A stretch of DNA of 56,611 nt, from positions 1 to 56,611 of IMG/VR virus record IMGVR_UViG_3300018063_000015. One strand, given 5' to 3'. The translations under genes were made by a program, and so were the position numbers. This document shows positions 7,077-15,632 of the stretch, piece after piece. Below the pieces are notes generated by a model. The model made no database searches, was not told the DNA's origin, and saw only the letters and a program-made list of their open reading frames with translations. Positions within the stretch are counted from its first letter, which is position 1. Each line of letters begins with the position of its first letter. The stretch comes from a virus (Duplodnaviria > Caudoviricetes).

Positions 7077-7265
7077 ATGCGTGAACTATACAAGGGTATC
7101 AGGCGTGGTACGCTGGTAGAAATCGTTTCTGCTAACGCCTCGCGCGTAACGTTCTGCTGCGCGACTGTTCCCACCTCCGTCAAGCTATCCATGCCGCGCA
7201 AGCAATTCCTGTCGGCGTTTCGTGTCACAACCGTGGGAATTGTTCCACGGCGTATGGTAGACTAA
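7077..7265 (+). CDS. Hypothetical early protein
   Basis: ORF track 7047-7265; start moved to ATG 7077 after GGAG. Confidence 0.6.
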   Translation: MRELYKGIRRGTLVEIVSANASRVTFCCATVPTSVKLSMPRKQFLSAFRVTTVGIVPRRMVD

Positions 7266-7335
7266 TAGTAGGCCAGGAGAATACGCCGCAAGCTGAATAG
7301 GGGTTAGCTACCCGTTATGAAGTGTCCAGTGTCCA

Positions 7336-7830
7336 GTGTCCAGCGACCACAAATTCGATAGGAGAATCCAATTGTCAAAGACTGCTAACGTTCCCAGCGA
7401 GGCCGCTCCGTTTGACGGATCGTACGTACCGTTCAAGGACGGTAAGGTTGATACCGATGTCAAGTGGCGCGCCGATGACGGTACGCTTATGCACTACAAT
7501 AGTGAGGGCGTAGCCCTCGCCGTTGTGTTTAGCATAAGCGCCTCCTGTTCCGAGCCCATGAACGACCTAATCGACTCTGCTCTACGTGACTTCAACGACG
7601 GTAAGAAAAAGGAAGATCAGTCCAGTAGAGCCGAGTGGATACGTGTTGTAGTAGCCGACAAGATCGGCTATGATCTGTCGCAAGAGCCCGAACGCGAGCG
7701 CGGCAGTGGACTGGTAGTCTATCGCGAGAAGGTGGCGAAGGCTACAAAGACTCACGATGCACTAGTATCCGTGCTTGACAGTAATCCTGAACTGGCAGCT
7801 ACGCTGAAAGCTCTTGGCATCGAGCTCTAG
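7336..7830 (+). CDS. Hypothetical early protein with an RHH-like segment
   Basis: ORF track; FSISASCSEPMNDLIDSA...SRAEWIRVVV resembles ribbon-helix-helix. Confidence 0.7.
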   Translation: MSSDHKFDRRIQLSKTANVPSEAAPFDGSYVPFKDGKVDTDVKWRADDGTLMHYNSEGVALAVVFSISASCSEPMNDLIDSALRDFNDGKKKEDQSSRAEWIRVVVADKIGYDLSQEPERERGSGLVVYREKVAKATKTHDALVSVLDSNPELAATLKALGIEL

Positions 7831-7833
7831 AAG

Positions 7834-7878
7834 GGACTAGGCGAGGGGAGTAGCTAACCACTACTCCCCTCGCCGTCC
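7834..7878 (+). terminator. Perfect 14-bp hairpin after 7336-7830 (terminator or processing site)
   Basis: GGCGAGGGGAGTAG-CTAACCA-CTACTCCCCTCGCC; no U tract. Confidence 0.6.
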
Positions 7879-7967
7879 TCCATGGTAGTGTATCGTAACA
7901 GTCGAATGGGCGATGGTCGAGCAGTATGGCTACTGCGCCTAGCAAAGCTACTAGGATGGGTTAGCTA

Positions 7968-8141
7968 GTGCCACGCAAGCGTAAGGCTAAGGCTTTCAGC
8001 CTATGGCGAGCGTACCGACTGCTAGGGATGCTCAATACGTTGAGCATTCTACTGTCGGGTAACCCCAAGAGGATAGCTCGCCATTTCCTTCGCAAGTATC
8101 TGGTCAAGCGTAGTGGTCGCCTATTCAAGAATGGGAGATAA
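7968..8141 (+). CDS. Small basic protein (57 aa)
   Basis: GTG start; PRKRKAKAFSLWRAYRLLGMLNTLSILLSGNPKRIARHFLRKYLVKRSGRLFKNGR; below the track cutoff. Confidence 0.5.
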   Translation: MPRKRKAKAFSLWRAYRLLGMLNTLSILLSGNPKRIARHFLRKYLVKRSGRLFKNGR

Positions 8142-8144
8142 GTA

Positions 8145-8255
8145 ATGGCGCCTTACTTCGCACACATTCCGCTTAGGGCTACAGGCGGATGGTATCATCC
8201 TACAAGGCAAATGGGCTGGCTAATGTATTGGCCCGTCGTCTTGACCTCGCGCTAG
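8145..8255 (+). CDS. Small protein (36 aa)
   Basis: GGGAG RBS and ATG 8145; ends just before the terminator. Confidence 0.4.
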   Translation: MAPYFAHIPLRATGGWYHPTRQMGWLMYWPVVLTSR

Positions 8256-8261
8256 TGCTAT

Positions 8262-8301
8262 AGGATGGCGTACTGTCTACGGATGGTGCGCCATTCTTTT
8301 T
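8262..8301 (+). terminator. Rho-independent terminator closing the early island
   Basis: GGATGGCGTACTGTC-TACG-GATGGTGCGCCATTC followed by TTTTT; UNCG tetraloop. Confidence 0.85.
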
Positions 8302-8313
8302 GTCCCTGAAATA

Positions 8314-8385
8314 TACTTGCTTGTGCAAACAACTAAAATATTTGTTTGCACAAGCAAGTAACTTATTTGTTTGCGCACGCAAATA
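8314..8385. repeat. Three operator-like 16-bp imperfect palindromes, 25-bp period
   Basis: TTGCTTGTGCAAACAA (8317), its exact reverse complement TTGTTTGCACAAGCAA (8342), and TTGTTTGCGCACGCAA (8367). Confidence 0.85.
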
Positions 8386-8422
8386 AAAAATTTCTCATTT
8401 GTCTATTTTTTTGTGAAACGGA

Positions 8423-8530
8423 CCTCCCTTTATAAAAAAAGCAAAATTCCCTAAACACACTATATCAACAATAATAAATCCCCTCTTTATAGAAAAAACG
8501 AATTTTGAAAAACTGACCATATTAACAACA
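8423..8530 (+). repeat. Degenerate 57-bp direct repeat with A-tracts upstream of terS
   Basis: CTTTATA at 8428 and 8485; ATAT(C/T)AACA at 8462 and 8519. Confidence 0.55.
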
Positions 8531-8698
8531 AGCTAGTACCCCTGAAAAAGACACTCCTTCGGTTCCTCCCATAATATGGTATATTCAATGTAGGCGCTGG
8601 GAAGCTGCGTCCATAGCAAATTTGTGGCCAATAAAGCATAGGATAGTGTGTAATCGTTGTCACACCAGCGTGAACGGTAGGTTATATCATAACAGCCA

Positions 8699-9142
8699 GT
8701 GGATTTGTGTAAAGTGCTTCAAGTTGTTGACGACCCACAAGAAATAGAAGAAGCAATCATCACGTTTGCTGCTGCTAAGGGCAACATCCCTCTAGCTGCA
8801 GAGCGACTACACATACCACAAACACTACTCGTATCGTTAATCAGCAAGGACCAGGAGCTACTACTTCAACACTTGAAAATAATGGCCATCATCAATACTT
8901 TTGAATCACTAGGCACAGCCCATAACAACTTAAAGGTAGCCATACCCAACATGGAACCTTATGAGCAGGCTAAGACATACACAGCACTGCTTCAAATAGC
9001 AGAATCATTGACTCATGCACCACCACCTGCTGCAAGCAGCCATGTAAATATTCTACAGATCATGCAAGCGCTGCCGGTTGATGCACGCGAAGCCCTTACC
9101 TTTCTATTGAAGGACGGCCATGACAACGGCCATTCAGAATAA
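8699..9142 (+). CDS. Putative terminase small subunit (N-terminal HTH)
   Basis: Immediately upstream of and overlapping terL; KGNIPLAAERLHIPQTLL is HTH-like. Confidence 0.6.
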   Translation: MDLCKVLQVVDDPQEIEEAIITFAAAKGNIPLAAERLHIPQTLLVSLISKDQELLLQHLKIMAIINTFESLGTAHNNLKVAIPNMEPYEQAKTYTALLQIAESLTHAPPPAASSHVNILQIMQALPVDAREALTFLLKDGHDNGHSE

Positions 9143-11606
9143 AGAAGAAGCACTAGCTGCTTTAGCACGTTACGTACGTGCTAATACTCCTACTCCTCCA
9201 CGTATTCCTAGCTTTAAAGATTGGGCAGAGTCTAGTTTCTGGATACCACCAGATAGTACAGGCTCTACTCCACACTTAATACCTCTTGTAGAGCATCAAC
9301 CTATTATTGTGAATTATGCCCTTAATCCTGAGAATGAAATAACAACCATTATCTATAGTGCACCAAAAAAATCAGGGAAGACAGCAATAGCAGCTGCAAT
9401 GGCTAGATACATAGCAGAGACTTTTGGTCCATACTCAGAAGTATTCTGCCTAGCTAATGATATGGAACAGGCGCGTGGTCGTGTGTATCAAGCTGCTGTG
9501 CGATCGTTAGAGTTAGATCCTAGATACAACGCTGCTAAGCGTGAAATTCCTGGTTATTGGAACGTTGTACAACGTGAAGCAATACATACTCCTTCTTCAT
9601 CTATACTTCGTGCAGTGTCATCGGACTATAAGGGCGAAGCTGGTTCAAATCCAACAGCTACAGTGTGGTGTGTGGCAGGCGAAACGGAAATTCTAACAAA
9701 GCATGGTTGGATTGTCGCAACAGAATTAACAGAGAATGATGAAGTTGCTACATTGTCATCACGTGACACAGTACAGTATCAAAAGCCTACTGCTGTTAAC
9801 AAACAAGTATACAGCGGTAATATGATTAGATTTAATCATCGAAGAGTAGAATTTTTGGTTACACCCAATCACAGAGTATATGGTAAGTTTCTAGGCAATA
9901 GCAGAGACAAAGCGAAAGCAAAATGGTCGTTTGAATATGCTGATGTATTACTAAAAAGATATTCATCTGGCTACATAAAATCTGATGCTGCAGCCTATGA
10001 ATCCACCGATTATACAATTGTAACTCCAGAATTAGCAGCATTTTGGGGATATTATCTGTCAGAAGGTTGCTATAATGAAAACGGCTTTGTAACAATAGCC
10101 CAGTCCAAAGCAGCAAATCCAAAAACGTATTTTACGATTAAAGCAGTCATGGCATCTGTATTTGGTGAAAATAATATAAGACCAGATGCTAGAGGGCAAA
10201 AAGTATCAGTTAAGGAAGAAGTATTTGGCAGTGCAATTAACATAATGCAAGGTAAGCAAAACGTACGGTATGTTCCTGATTTAATAATGAATGCTCCAAC
10301 GGATATGCAAAGAATATTTTTGGCTGCATATCTAGAAGGTGATGGTTGGTTTGCTGGTAAAGAAGGTTTTCAATTTGAGACAATCTCATTAAAGCTAGCA
10401 AATCAATTGATGCAAGTTGGCCTCCATTGTGGATATGTACCAAGATATATGGGTAATAGAAAACGTGGAGATAATTACCAAGTAATACACAGGTGCTCGC
10501 TATCTACTGGTCCAATTTATTGGCAGCGCAGCGGTGGACATGGTACTTTTGAAGAAGAACACTATGAAGGCACTGTGGTATGTCCATCATTGCCAAATGG
10601 AATATTTTTCATTAGATACAATGGAAAATGTTGTTGGACAGGAAATAGTGAATTGTGGGGCTACAGCCTTGAAAAAGACCTTAGATTGTGGGAGGAACTA
10701 ACTCCAGTACCAACTAGGCGCAGTTTACGCATTGTAGAGACATACGCTGGGTATTCCGACGAGCCAGGCCCTTTATGGGATTTGTGGCAATTAGCTAAGG
10801 AAGGACAACAACTAACTGTTGACGACATAGCCTGGCCATTCCCAGGCCCAGTGCCAATATGGCATAACAAACGTGCACACCTCTTTGCTTACATAGATCA
10901 AGGCCCACTTGCACGCAGGATGTCTTGGCAAGATGAAGCCTATTATGAAGAACAAGCTAACACACTCTCACCACAAGCTTACCAGCGCCTTCACTTTAAC
11001 TATTGGACAACAAGCACTACTCAGTTTGTACCTATAGAGTGGTATAAGGCTTGCTTCGATCCAGCAATGCCACTGTTGGATCGAAATAAGATGTGTGTAT
11101 TAGGTGTAGACGCCGCTGTCAGTAGTGACTGTTGTGCAGTGTCATTAGTTTCCCGCAATGACAAAAGTGATCGTGAAGTAGATCATCATTTTAGTTTAGT
11201 GTGGGCACCACCAGCAGGTGGCACGATAGACTATAGTGAAACTTTAGAACCAGCTATACGTGAAATTTGCAGCAAATATAACGTAGTTGAAATAGCCTAT
11301 GACGCTTTTCAATTACATTACATGATGACTAACTTTAGGAACGAGGGCTTGGCCTACGTTTACTCGTTTAGCCAAGGTAACGATAGAGCTAAAGCAGACA
11401 AGCAGCTCTACGACATGATGAGAGACAGACGATACCACCACAACAACGACCCAAACATGGAGGAACACCTAAAGAACTGTGCAGCAAAGCAGAGCAAAGA
11501 TGAAGATACCAAAATGAGAATAGTTAAGAAAGCTAACGATCGTAAGATTGATGTCGTAGTGGCTGATTCAATGGCAGTTAGTGAATGCCTCCGTTTGCTT
11601 GTATAA
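9120..11606 (+). CDS. terL: Terminase large subunit with intein
   Basis: Walker A APKKSGKT; RNase H-like nuclease motifs LGVDAA..SD, IAYDAFQ and KIDVVVADSMA. Confidence 0.93.
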   Translation: MTTAIQNKEEALAALARYVRANTPTPPRIPSFKDWAESSFWIPPDSTGSTPHLIPLVEHQPIIVNYALNPENEITTIIYSAPKKSGKTAIAAAMARYIAETFGPYSEVFCLANDMEQARGRVYQAAVRSLELDPRYNAAKREIPGYWNVVQREAIHTPSSSILRAVSSDYKGEAGSNPTATVWCVAGETEILTKHGWIVATELTENDEVATLSSRDTVQYQKPTAVNKQVYSGNMIRFNHRRVEFLVTPNHRVYGKFLGNSRDKAKAKWSFEYADVLLKRYSSGYIKSDAAAYESTDYTIVTPELAAFWGYYLSEGCYNENGFVTIAQSKAANPKTYFTIKAVMASVFGENNIRPDARGQKVSVKEEVFGSAINIMQGKQNVRYVPDLIMNAPTDMQRIFLAAYLEGDGWFAGKEGFQFETISLKLANQLMQVGLHCGYVPRYMGNRKRGDNYQVIHRCSLSTGPIYWQRSGGHGTFEEEHYEGTVVCPSLPNGIFFIRYNGKCCWTGNSELWGYSLEKDLRLWEELTPVPTRRSLRIVETYAGYSDEPGPLWDLWQLAKEGQQLTVDDIAWPFPGPVPIWHNKRAHLFAYIDQGPLARRMSWQDEAYYEEQANTLSPQAYQRLHFNYWTTSTTQFVPIEWYKACFDPAMPLLDRNKMCVLGVDAAVSSDCCAVSLVSRNDKSDREVDHHFSLVWAPPAGGTIDYSETLEPAIREICSKYNVVEIAYDAFQLHYMMTNFRNEGLAYVYSFSQGNDRAKADKQLYDMMRDRRYHHNNDPNMEEHLKNCAAKQSKDEDTKMRIVKKANDRKIDVVVADSMAVSECLRLLV
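9669..10646 (+). mobile_element. Intein (326 aa) with LAGLIDADG homing endonuclease
   Basis: N-terminal splice block CVAGETEILT, block B VTPNHRV, LAGLIDADG motifs GYYLSEG and AYLEGDG, C-terminal WTGN followed by extein Ser. Confidence 0.92.
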
Positions 11607-11908
11607 AGAAAGGTGGTCTTATGATGAAAGTCTATGTGCTAGAGACGGGAGATGTTAGTGGTGTATATATGTCCCCAGAACTAGCAATGGGTACACTTCC
11701 TAATTTGGAATTTATTGCACAACTAAATAAAGATAAAAATAGAGTATGTAGCTGGTCCACATATAGTGGAAGTGCTCAAATACGTGAGTATACTATAGTG
11801 GAGGACGGCCCAACGGCGAGCCCTACAAAAGCGGCATTTTATAGTAAAGAGGCACCCACGTATCATGAAATTCCATATTTCGAGGCAGAGGCTCTGGTTG
11901 CTAGTTAA
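11585..11908 (+). CDS. Hypothetical protein inserted between terL and portal
   Basis: ORF track; likely start at MMKVYVL (ATG near 11620) after AAGGTGG. Confidence 0.65.
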   Translation: MPPFACIKKGGLMMKVYVLETGDVSGVYMSPELAMGTLPNLEFIAQLNKDKNRVCSWSTYSGSAQIREYTIVEDGPTASPTKAAFYSKEAPTYHEIPYFEAEALVAS

Positions 11909-11979
11909 AATTTAACGCCGCGCCCAGTAGAAGCAGTCTCAAGCGCCATATAGGCGCGTGCAAGTCGCGAAGCGACTGG
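11894..11979 (+). ncRNA. Candidate tRNA-like element (copy B)
   Basis: CTGGTTGC/GCGACTGG closing stem, TA, GTTA-AAATT-TAAC D-like arm, and CGCG-TGCAAGT-CGCG T-like arm. Confidence 0.35.
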
Positions 11980-12176
11980 ATGGCAAAGTGGAAGATCTAG
12001 GAATAATAGTAGATATTAAATTAGAAAATGAAACGGTAATTGGTACCATATTGGATTGTAAGCATTGTGAAATGTTAACTGTACAAATATTTAAGAAAGC
12101 AGTGTATGGTGACACTGCATTATTTGAGTGTAGTCTTTGCCATAAAGTGAAATTAGAGCAATGCAGCCTCCAGTAA
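11958..12176 (+). CDS. Small zinc-ribbon protein
   Basis: CKHC...CSLC. Confidence 0.55.
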   Translation: MQVAKRLDGKVEDLGIIVDIKLENETVIGTILDCKHCEMLTVQIFKKAVYGDTALFECSLCHKVKLEQCSLQ

Positions 12177-13420
12177 ATAATGGTTCAGTTATTGTTCATC
12201 CTTCTGATACTGGTATTGTGCCCAGTGAGTTTATTATTAACCTTGCACAAACTAGTGATGAATTTCTACCATGGGGTGCTCCTGGTAGAGATAGACAGTT
12301 ACGTGAATTTTGGCCAACTGAACCAGTATTAGCTGGCGCACTATTTACAACAATAGCTAAGTATGTGGCATTTGGTTATCAGTTTACAGGACCAGAATCT
12401 ACAATAAAGCGTGTACAAGAAGTATTTGCTAGTGCAAATAATGGTGCTGGTTTTGAAGATTTTGAGACAAAATTATTGCTTGATGCATTTACTCAAGACA
12501 ATGCTGCTTGGATTGAACTAATTAGAATAGATCGTAATGATCCAGCTAGTCCAGTAATTTCACTTAATAATTTGGATTCAGCTAGATGTTTTAGAACTGG
12601 TAATCCTTTAGCACCTGCACGTTACATAGATTTGAATGGTAGTATACATGAGCTTAAGTGGTTTCAGGCAATGTCTTACACGGAGTTTCCAAGTCCAATA
12701 GAGCATATGAGAGGGCTTCAATACTGTGCACTGACTAGATTACTGCGTGCTGCACAGATAATGCGTGATATTACAGTATATGAGCAAGAAAAGATTTCGG
12801 GTAGATTCTTGCGCGCCATACATATAGTAGGTGGAATTCTTACAAGAACTATTGATAGTGCTATAGAACGACATATGGCAAGTGCTAACAGTAGTGTGCT
12901 AACACGATACATTCAGCCTGCTATTGTTGGAGCAGTTGATCCTAATGCACGTGTAAGTCATGAAGTAATTGAGCTAGCATCATTGCCCGATCACTTTGAC
13001 AAAGAACAATTCATGCGTTGGTACATAAATGAGTTTGCACTAGCATTTGGTGCTGATTACCAGGACTACGCACCACTACCTGGTGGTAATCTAGGTACCG
13101 CGTCACAATCAACTGTTTTGCACGCTAAGGGTCGTGGTAAAGGCCCTGCGTTATTTATGTCAAAAATGGAAAACTTGTTCAATAGACATGGTATTATTCC
13201 TAAGAATGTTAAATTAGAGTTCTTGAAGCAGGATGTACAGCAGGAAACAGAAGAAGCTAAGTTGCGGCTAATTCGTGCACAAGAGCGTAAGGTAAGATTA
13301 GATAGCTTAGAAATAACACCTGATATTGCACGCCAGTTGGCCTTAGATCATGGTGATATCGAGGAAGCTTATCTAAAGTTGATAGGTGAGTCTAATGCTA
13401 CTTCAGACGTGACTATATGA
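12161..13420 (+). CDS. Portal protein
   Basis: Position after terL, about 420 aa, and portal-like features (LLLDAFTQDNAAWIELIR, FALAFG, N-terminal helices). Confidence 0.8.
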   Translation: MQPPVNNGSVIVHPSDTGIVPSEFIINLAQTSDEFLPWGAPGRDRQLREFWPTEPVLAGALFTTIAKYVAFGYQFTGPESTIKRVQEVFASANNGAGFEDFETKLLLDAFTQDNAAWIELIRIDRNDPASPVISLNNLDSARCFRTGNPLAPARYIDLNGSIHELKWFQAMSYTEFPSPIEHMRGLQYCALTRLLRAAQIMRDITVYEQEKISGRFLRAIHIVGGILTRTIDSAIERHMASANSSVLTRYIQPAIVGAVDPNARVSHEVIELASLPDHFDKEQFMRWYINEFALAFGADYQDYAPLPGGNLGTASQSTVLHAKGRGKGPALFMSKMENLFNRHGIIPKNVKLEFLKQDVQQETEEAKLRLIRAQERKVRLDSLEITPDIARQLALDHGDIEEAYLKLIGESNATSDVTI

Positions 13421-13587
13421 GGTGGCCACACCCAGTACGTTCTAGTATAATGTATTGCCCATTGTGTGATCAGCAAAGAGTGACGTACATAGATCATCAA
13501 GATTCTACTGACGACAAAGTACGTTGTTGTACTACTTGTAGTTATGTATTAGAGAGATTTGGTCCAGATGACGGCAAAAGATTATGA
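13417..13587 (+). CDS. Small zinc-ribbon protein (56 aa)
   Basis: Below the track cutoff; ATGA overlaps at both ends; YCPLC...RCCTTCS. Confidence 0.6.
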   Translation: MRWPHPVRSSIMYCPLCDQQRVTYIDHQDSTDDKVRCCTTCSYVLERFGPDDGKRL

Positions 13588-13823
13588 AATTATTTGTATG
13601 GAGTTCCGACTTCTTCCAAGGTTTAGCTGTAGCTGTTGCTGAAACAGTAGAGGAAGCTAGACAGTTGATTATAACTCATATGGAGGTTGGTGATGGTTGG
13701 CGTTCTGAACGCGAAAGGAATTATGCCATAAGCGAGTGCAAGCTCGCTTTAGATAATAATTCACCTGATAGTATACTAGACTTACCGACGGCCGTATATT
13801 TTAAGCATTATTATGATTATTAA
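13584..13823 (+). CDS. Hypothetical protein, paralog of 48189-48515
   Basis: Shared F(V/I)W...VAVAETVEEAR.LI...PD.ILDLP.AV. Confidence 0.75.
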   Translation: MKLFVWSSDFFQGLAVAVAETVEEARQLIITHMEVGDGWRSERERNYAISECKLALDNNSPDSILDLPTAVYFKHYYDY

Positions 13824-14252
13824 ATGGAAATAAGTTTCAAGCCTACTATCCCTAATATGGCCGAAGTAGATAGCGGTTTGTTAAGAGCAGGTGCTCAAAA
13901 AGCAGTAGAAGATCACATGAAGAAGCTACAAGAGGATGTTGCTAAATATCCACCTCCTGGACCTGCCTATGCCAGAACTAATATATTGTTCACAGCATGG
14001 CATCAAGTTACAGAGCATGTAGGTGACTCAATAGTTGTGACTATATGGAATGATGCTATAGATAAGTATGGAAAATTGTATCCTAGGTTTGTACATGGTG
14101 ATAGTGAGGGATTAGGTCAGCGTGCTTATCATGCACAACAAGGATGGCTAAATCTATATCAAACACACAAGCAGAGAGAGCAGGAATTGGTTGATGCTAC
14201 TCAAAACGTGATAGTACGCTTTCTGAAAGGTATATTTAAGGTGTTAGGATAA
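13824..14252 (+). CDS. Putative minor head/neck protein (HK97 gp10-like)
   Basis: Position in the head module; YPP..AYARTNIL..AW and YPRFVHG motifs typical of gp10-like proteins. Confidence 0.5.
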   Translation: MEISFKPTIPNMAEVDSGLLRAGAQKAVEDHMKKLQEDVAKYPPPGPAYARTNILFTAWHQVTEHVGDSIVVTIWNDAIDKYGKLYPRFVHGDSEGLGQRAYHAQQGWLNLYQTHKQREQELVDATQNVIVRFLKGIFKVLG

Positions 14253-14255
14253 ATT

Positions 14256-15632
14256 ATGCCATACGATAGTAATAAAGACGTTCCAAGTGCAGTCAAAAAG
14301 CTTCCAGCTAAGAAGCAATCACAATGGAGACACGTTTGGAACTCTACTTTTAAGAAAACTGGTGATGAATCACGTGCATTTGCTGCTGCTAATAGTGTAG
14401 CAGGTAAGAAAAAAGAGTATGGTACAATTGAAATAGATTTTACAGCTAAGGGCTACTTAGAAAGTATTTGGGATGTTGAAAAGCGTCAAATAGAGCAAGA
14501 TGACGCTGGCTATCAACCATTTGGTGGTACACCAGAAAAGTCTTGTTTGAATTGTCATTGGTATATTTTGCGTGATGATGCTTGTGTAATAGTTCACGGT
14601 GATATAGTACATACTGGTATATCTGACTATTGGATGGCTATTGAGGAACCAGAAATAGTGCCAATGCCAGTCTTTATTGTAAAGGATGAGAATAACAATG
14701 TGGTTTCTAAAATTGGTGATTGGATAACAAGAACCTTTACTTTTGCTCCTGAGTCGTCTGAGTCGAACTTTGTTCTTACAAAGCAAGCTAACGGTAGCTG
14801 GCGGTGGTTTAGTCGCTATAGTAATATGTTCAAAGACAGAGAAGGAGAGATACTAACTAACGCATCGCATAAGGAGTTTGCGGAATGGTGTACTAGCACG
14901 AATAATTATCCAGAGCTATGGTTATGGCATGCTAAAGGTAGTCGTATAGGCAAAGCGGATTTCATGGCATGTGTTGATGGATTTGCGTGCGCGTCGGGTT
15001 TGATTGATGAGAAGTCTCTTAGTATAGCTGAGAAACTCTCTGCTGGTAAGGCTGGAAGATTAGGTGCATCACATGGCTTCTTACCGCTTGCCCCTATGCA
15101 AAAGGGTGTATATTCACGGTATCGTAGCTTTGAGATAACAGTGTTGCCTTATGATAGAGCAGCAAATGGATACACAGACTATAATTTCCTAAAAGTAAAA
15201 GGAGAGGATATGCCATTCACAGATGCACACAAAGCGTTCTTTAAGAATGCTGGTGTACCAGACGAGCAAGTAACAGCATGGGAGGCGTCAACTGCACAGT
15301 TTGCTAAGTCATTGCAGGAAATGGGACTAGAGTATAAAGAAGATCCAACTACTGGTGATAATCCAATAGGTACACTACTAGGACAGCAGTCAGCAATGAC
15401 AAAGGCCATCACTGATCTTACTACAGTGGTAGCTGATCTGAAGAAAGCCGACAAAGAGAAGGTAGATGCTGCTGTAGCCAATGCGTTTACACCTATTGTA
15501 GCACCGACTGACGCGGTGCCAGCGTCCAAGGCAGACGATAACATAGTGGGTACAGCTGAAGTAAGCACTAGTCTAGAAAAAGAGCAAAAGGAGTTCTTTG
15601 AGAACGCTTTTGGAGTGAAGGTGACATGGTAG
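14256..15632 (+). CDS. ChaB domain + HiPIP-like domain + prohead protease + scaffold fusion
   Basis: MPYDSNKDVPSAVKKLP..Q..WRHVWNS...RAFAAANS is ChaB-like; protease-like DREGE..LWLWH..GASHGF..FEITVLP..AAN; internal RBS and ATG at 15210. Confidence 0.75.
   Translation: MPYDSNKDVPSAVKKLPAKKQSQWRHVWNSTFKKTGDESRAFAAANSVAGKKKEYGTIEIDFTAKGYLESIWDVEKRQIEQDDAGYQPFGGTPEKSCLNCHWYILRDDACVIVHGDIVHTGISDYWMAIEEPEIVPMPVFIVKDENNNVVSKIGDWITRTFTFAPESSESNFVLTKQANGSWRWFSRYSNMFKDREGEILTNASHKEFAEWCTSTNNYPELWLWHAKGSRIGKADFMACVDGFACASGLIDEKSLSIAEKLSAGKAGRLGASHGFLPLAPMQKGVYSRYRSFEITVLPYDRAANGYTDYNFLKVKGEDMPFTDAHKAFFKNAGVPDEQVTAWEASTAQFAKSLQEMGLEYKEDPTTGDNPIGTLLGQQSAMTKAITDLTTVVADLKKADKEKVDAAVANAFTPIVAPTDAVPASKADDNIVGTAEVSTSLEKEQKEFFENAFGVKVTW

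Noticed and set aside
7322-7343. (GTGTCCA)x3 short tandem repeat
   Set aside because: Only three copies, at an ambiguous gene start; no functional inference is possible
8200-8382. 60-aa minus-strand ORF
   Set aside because: Runs through the terminator and the palindrome array; it is a by-product of the repeats
11905-11990. Twister or twister-sister ribozyme (UAA..GC..GUCUCAAGC and UGCAAGU motifs)
   Set aside because: The P2 partner and the T1 pseudoknot complement cannot be placed; kept only as a tRNA-like candidate
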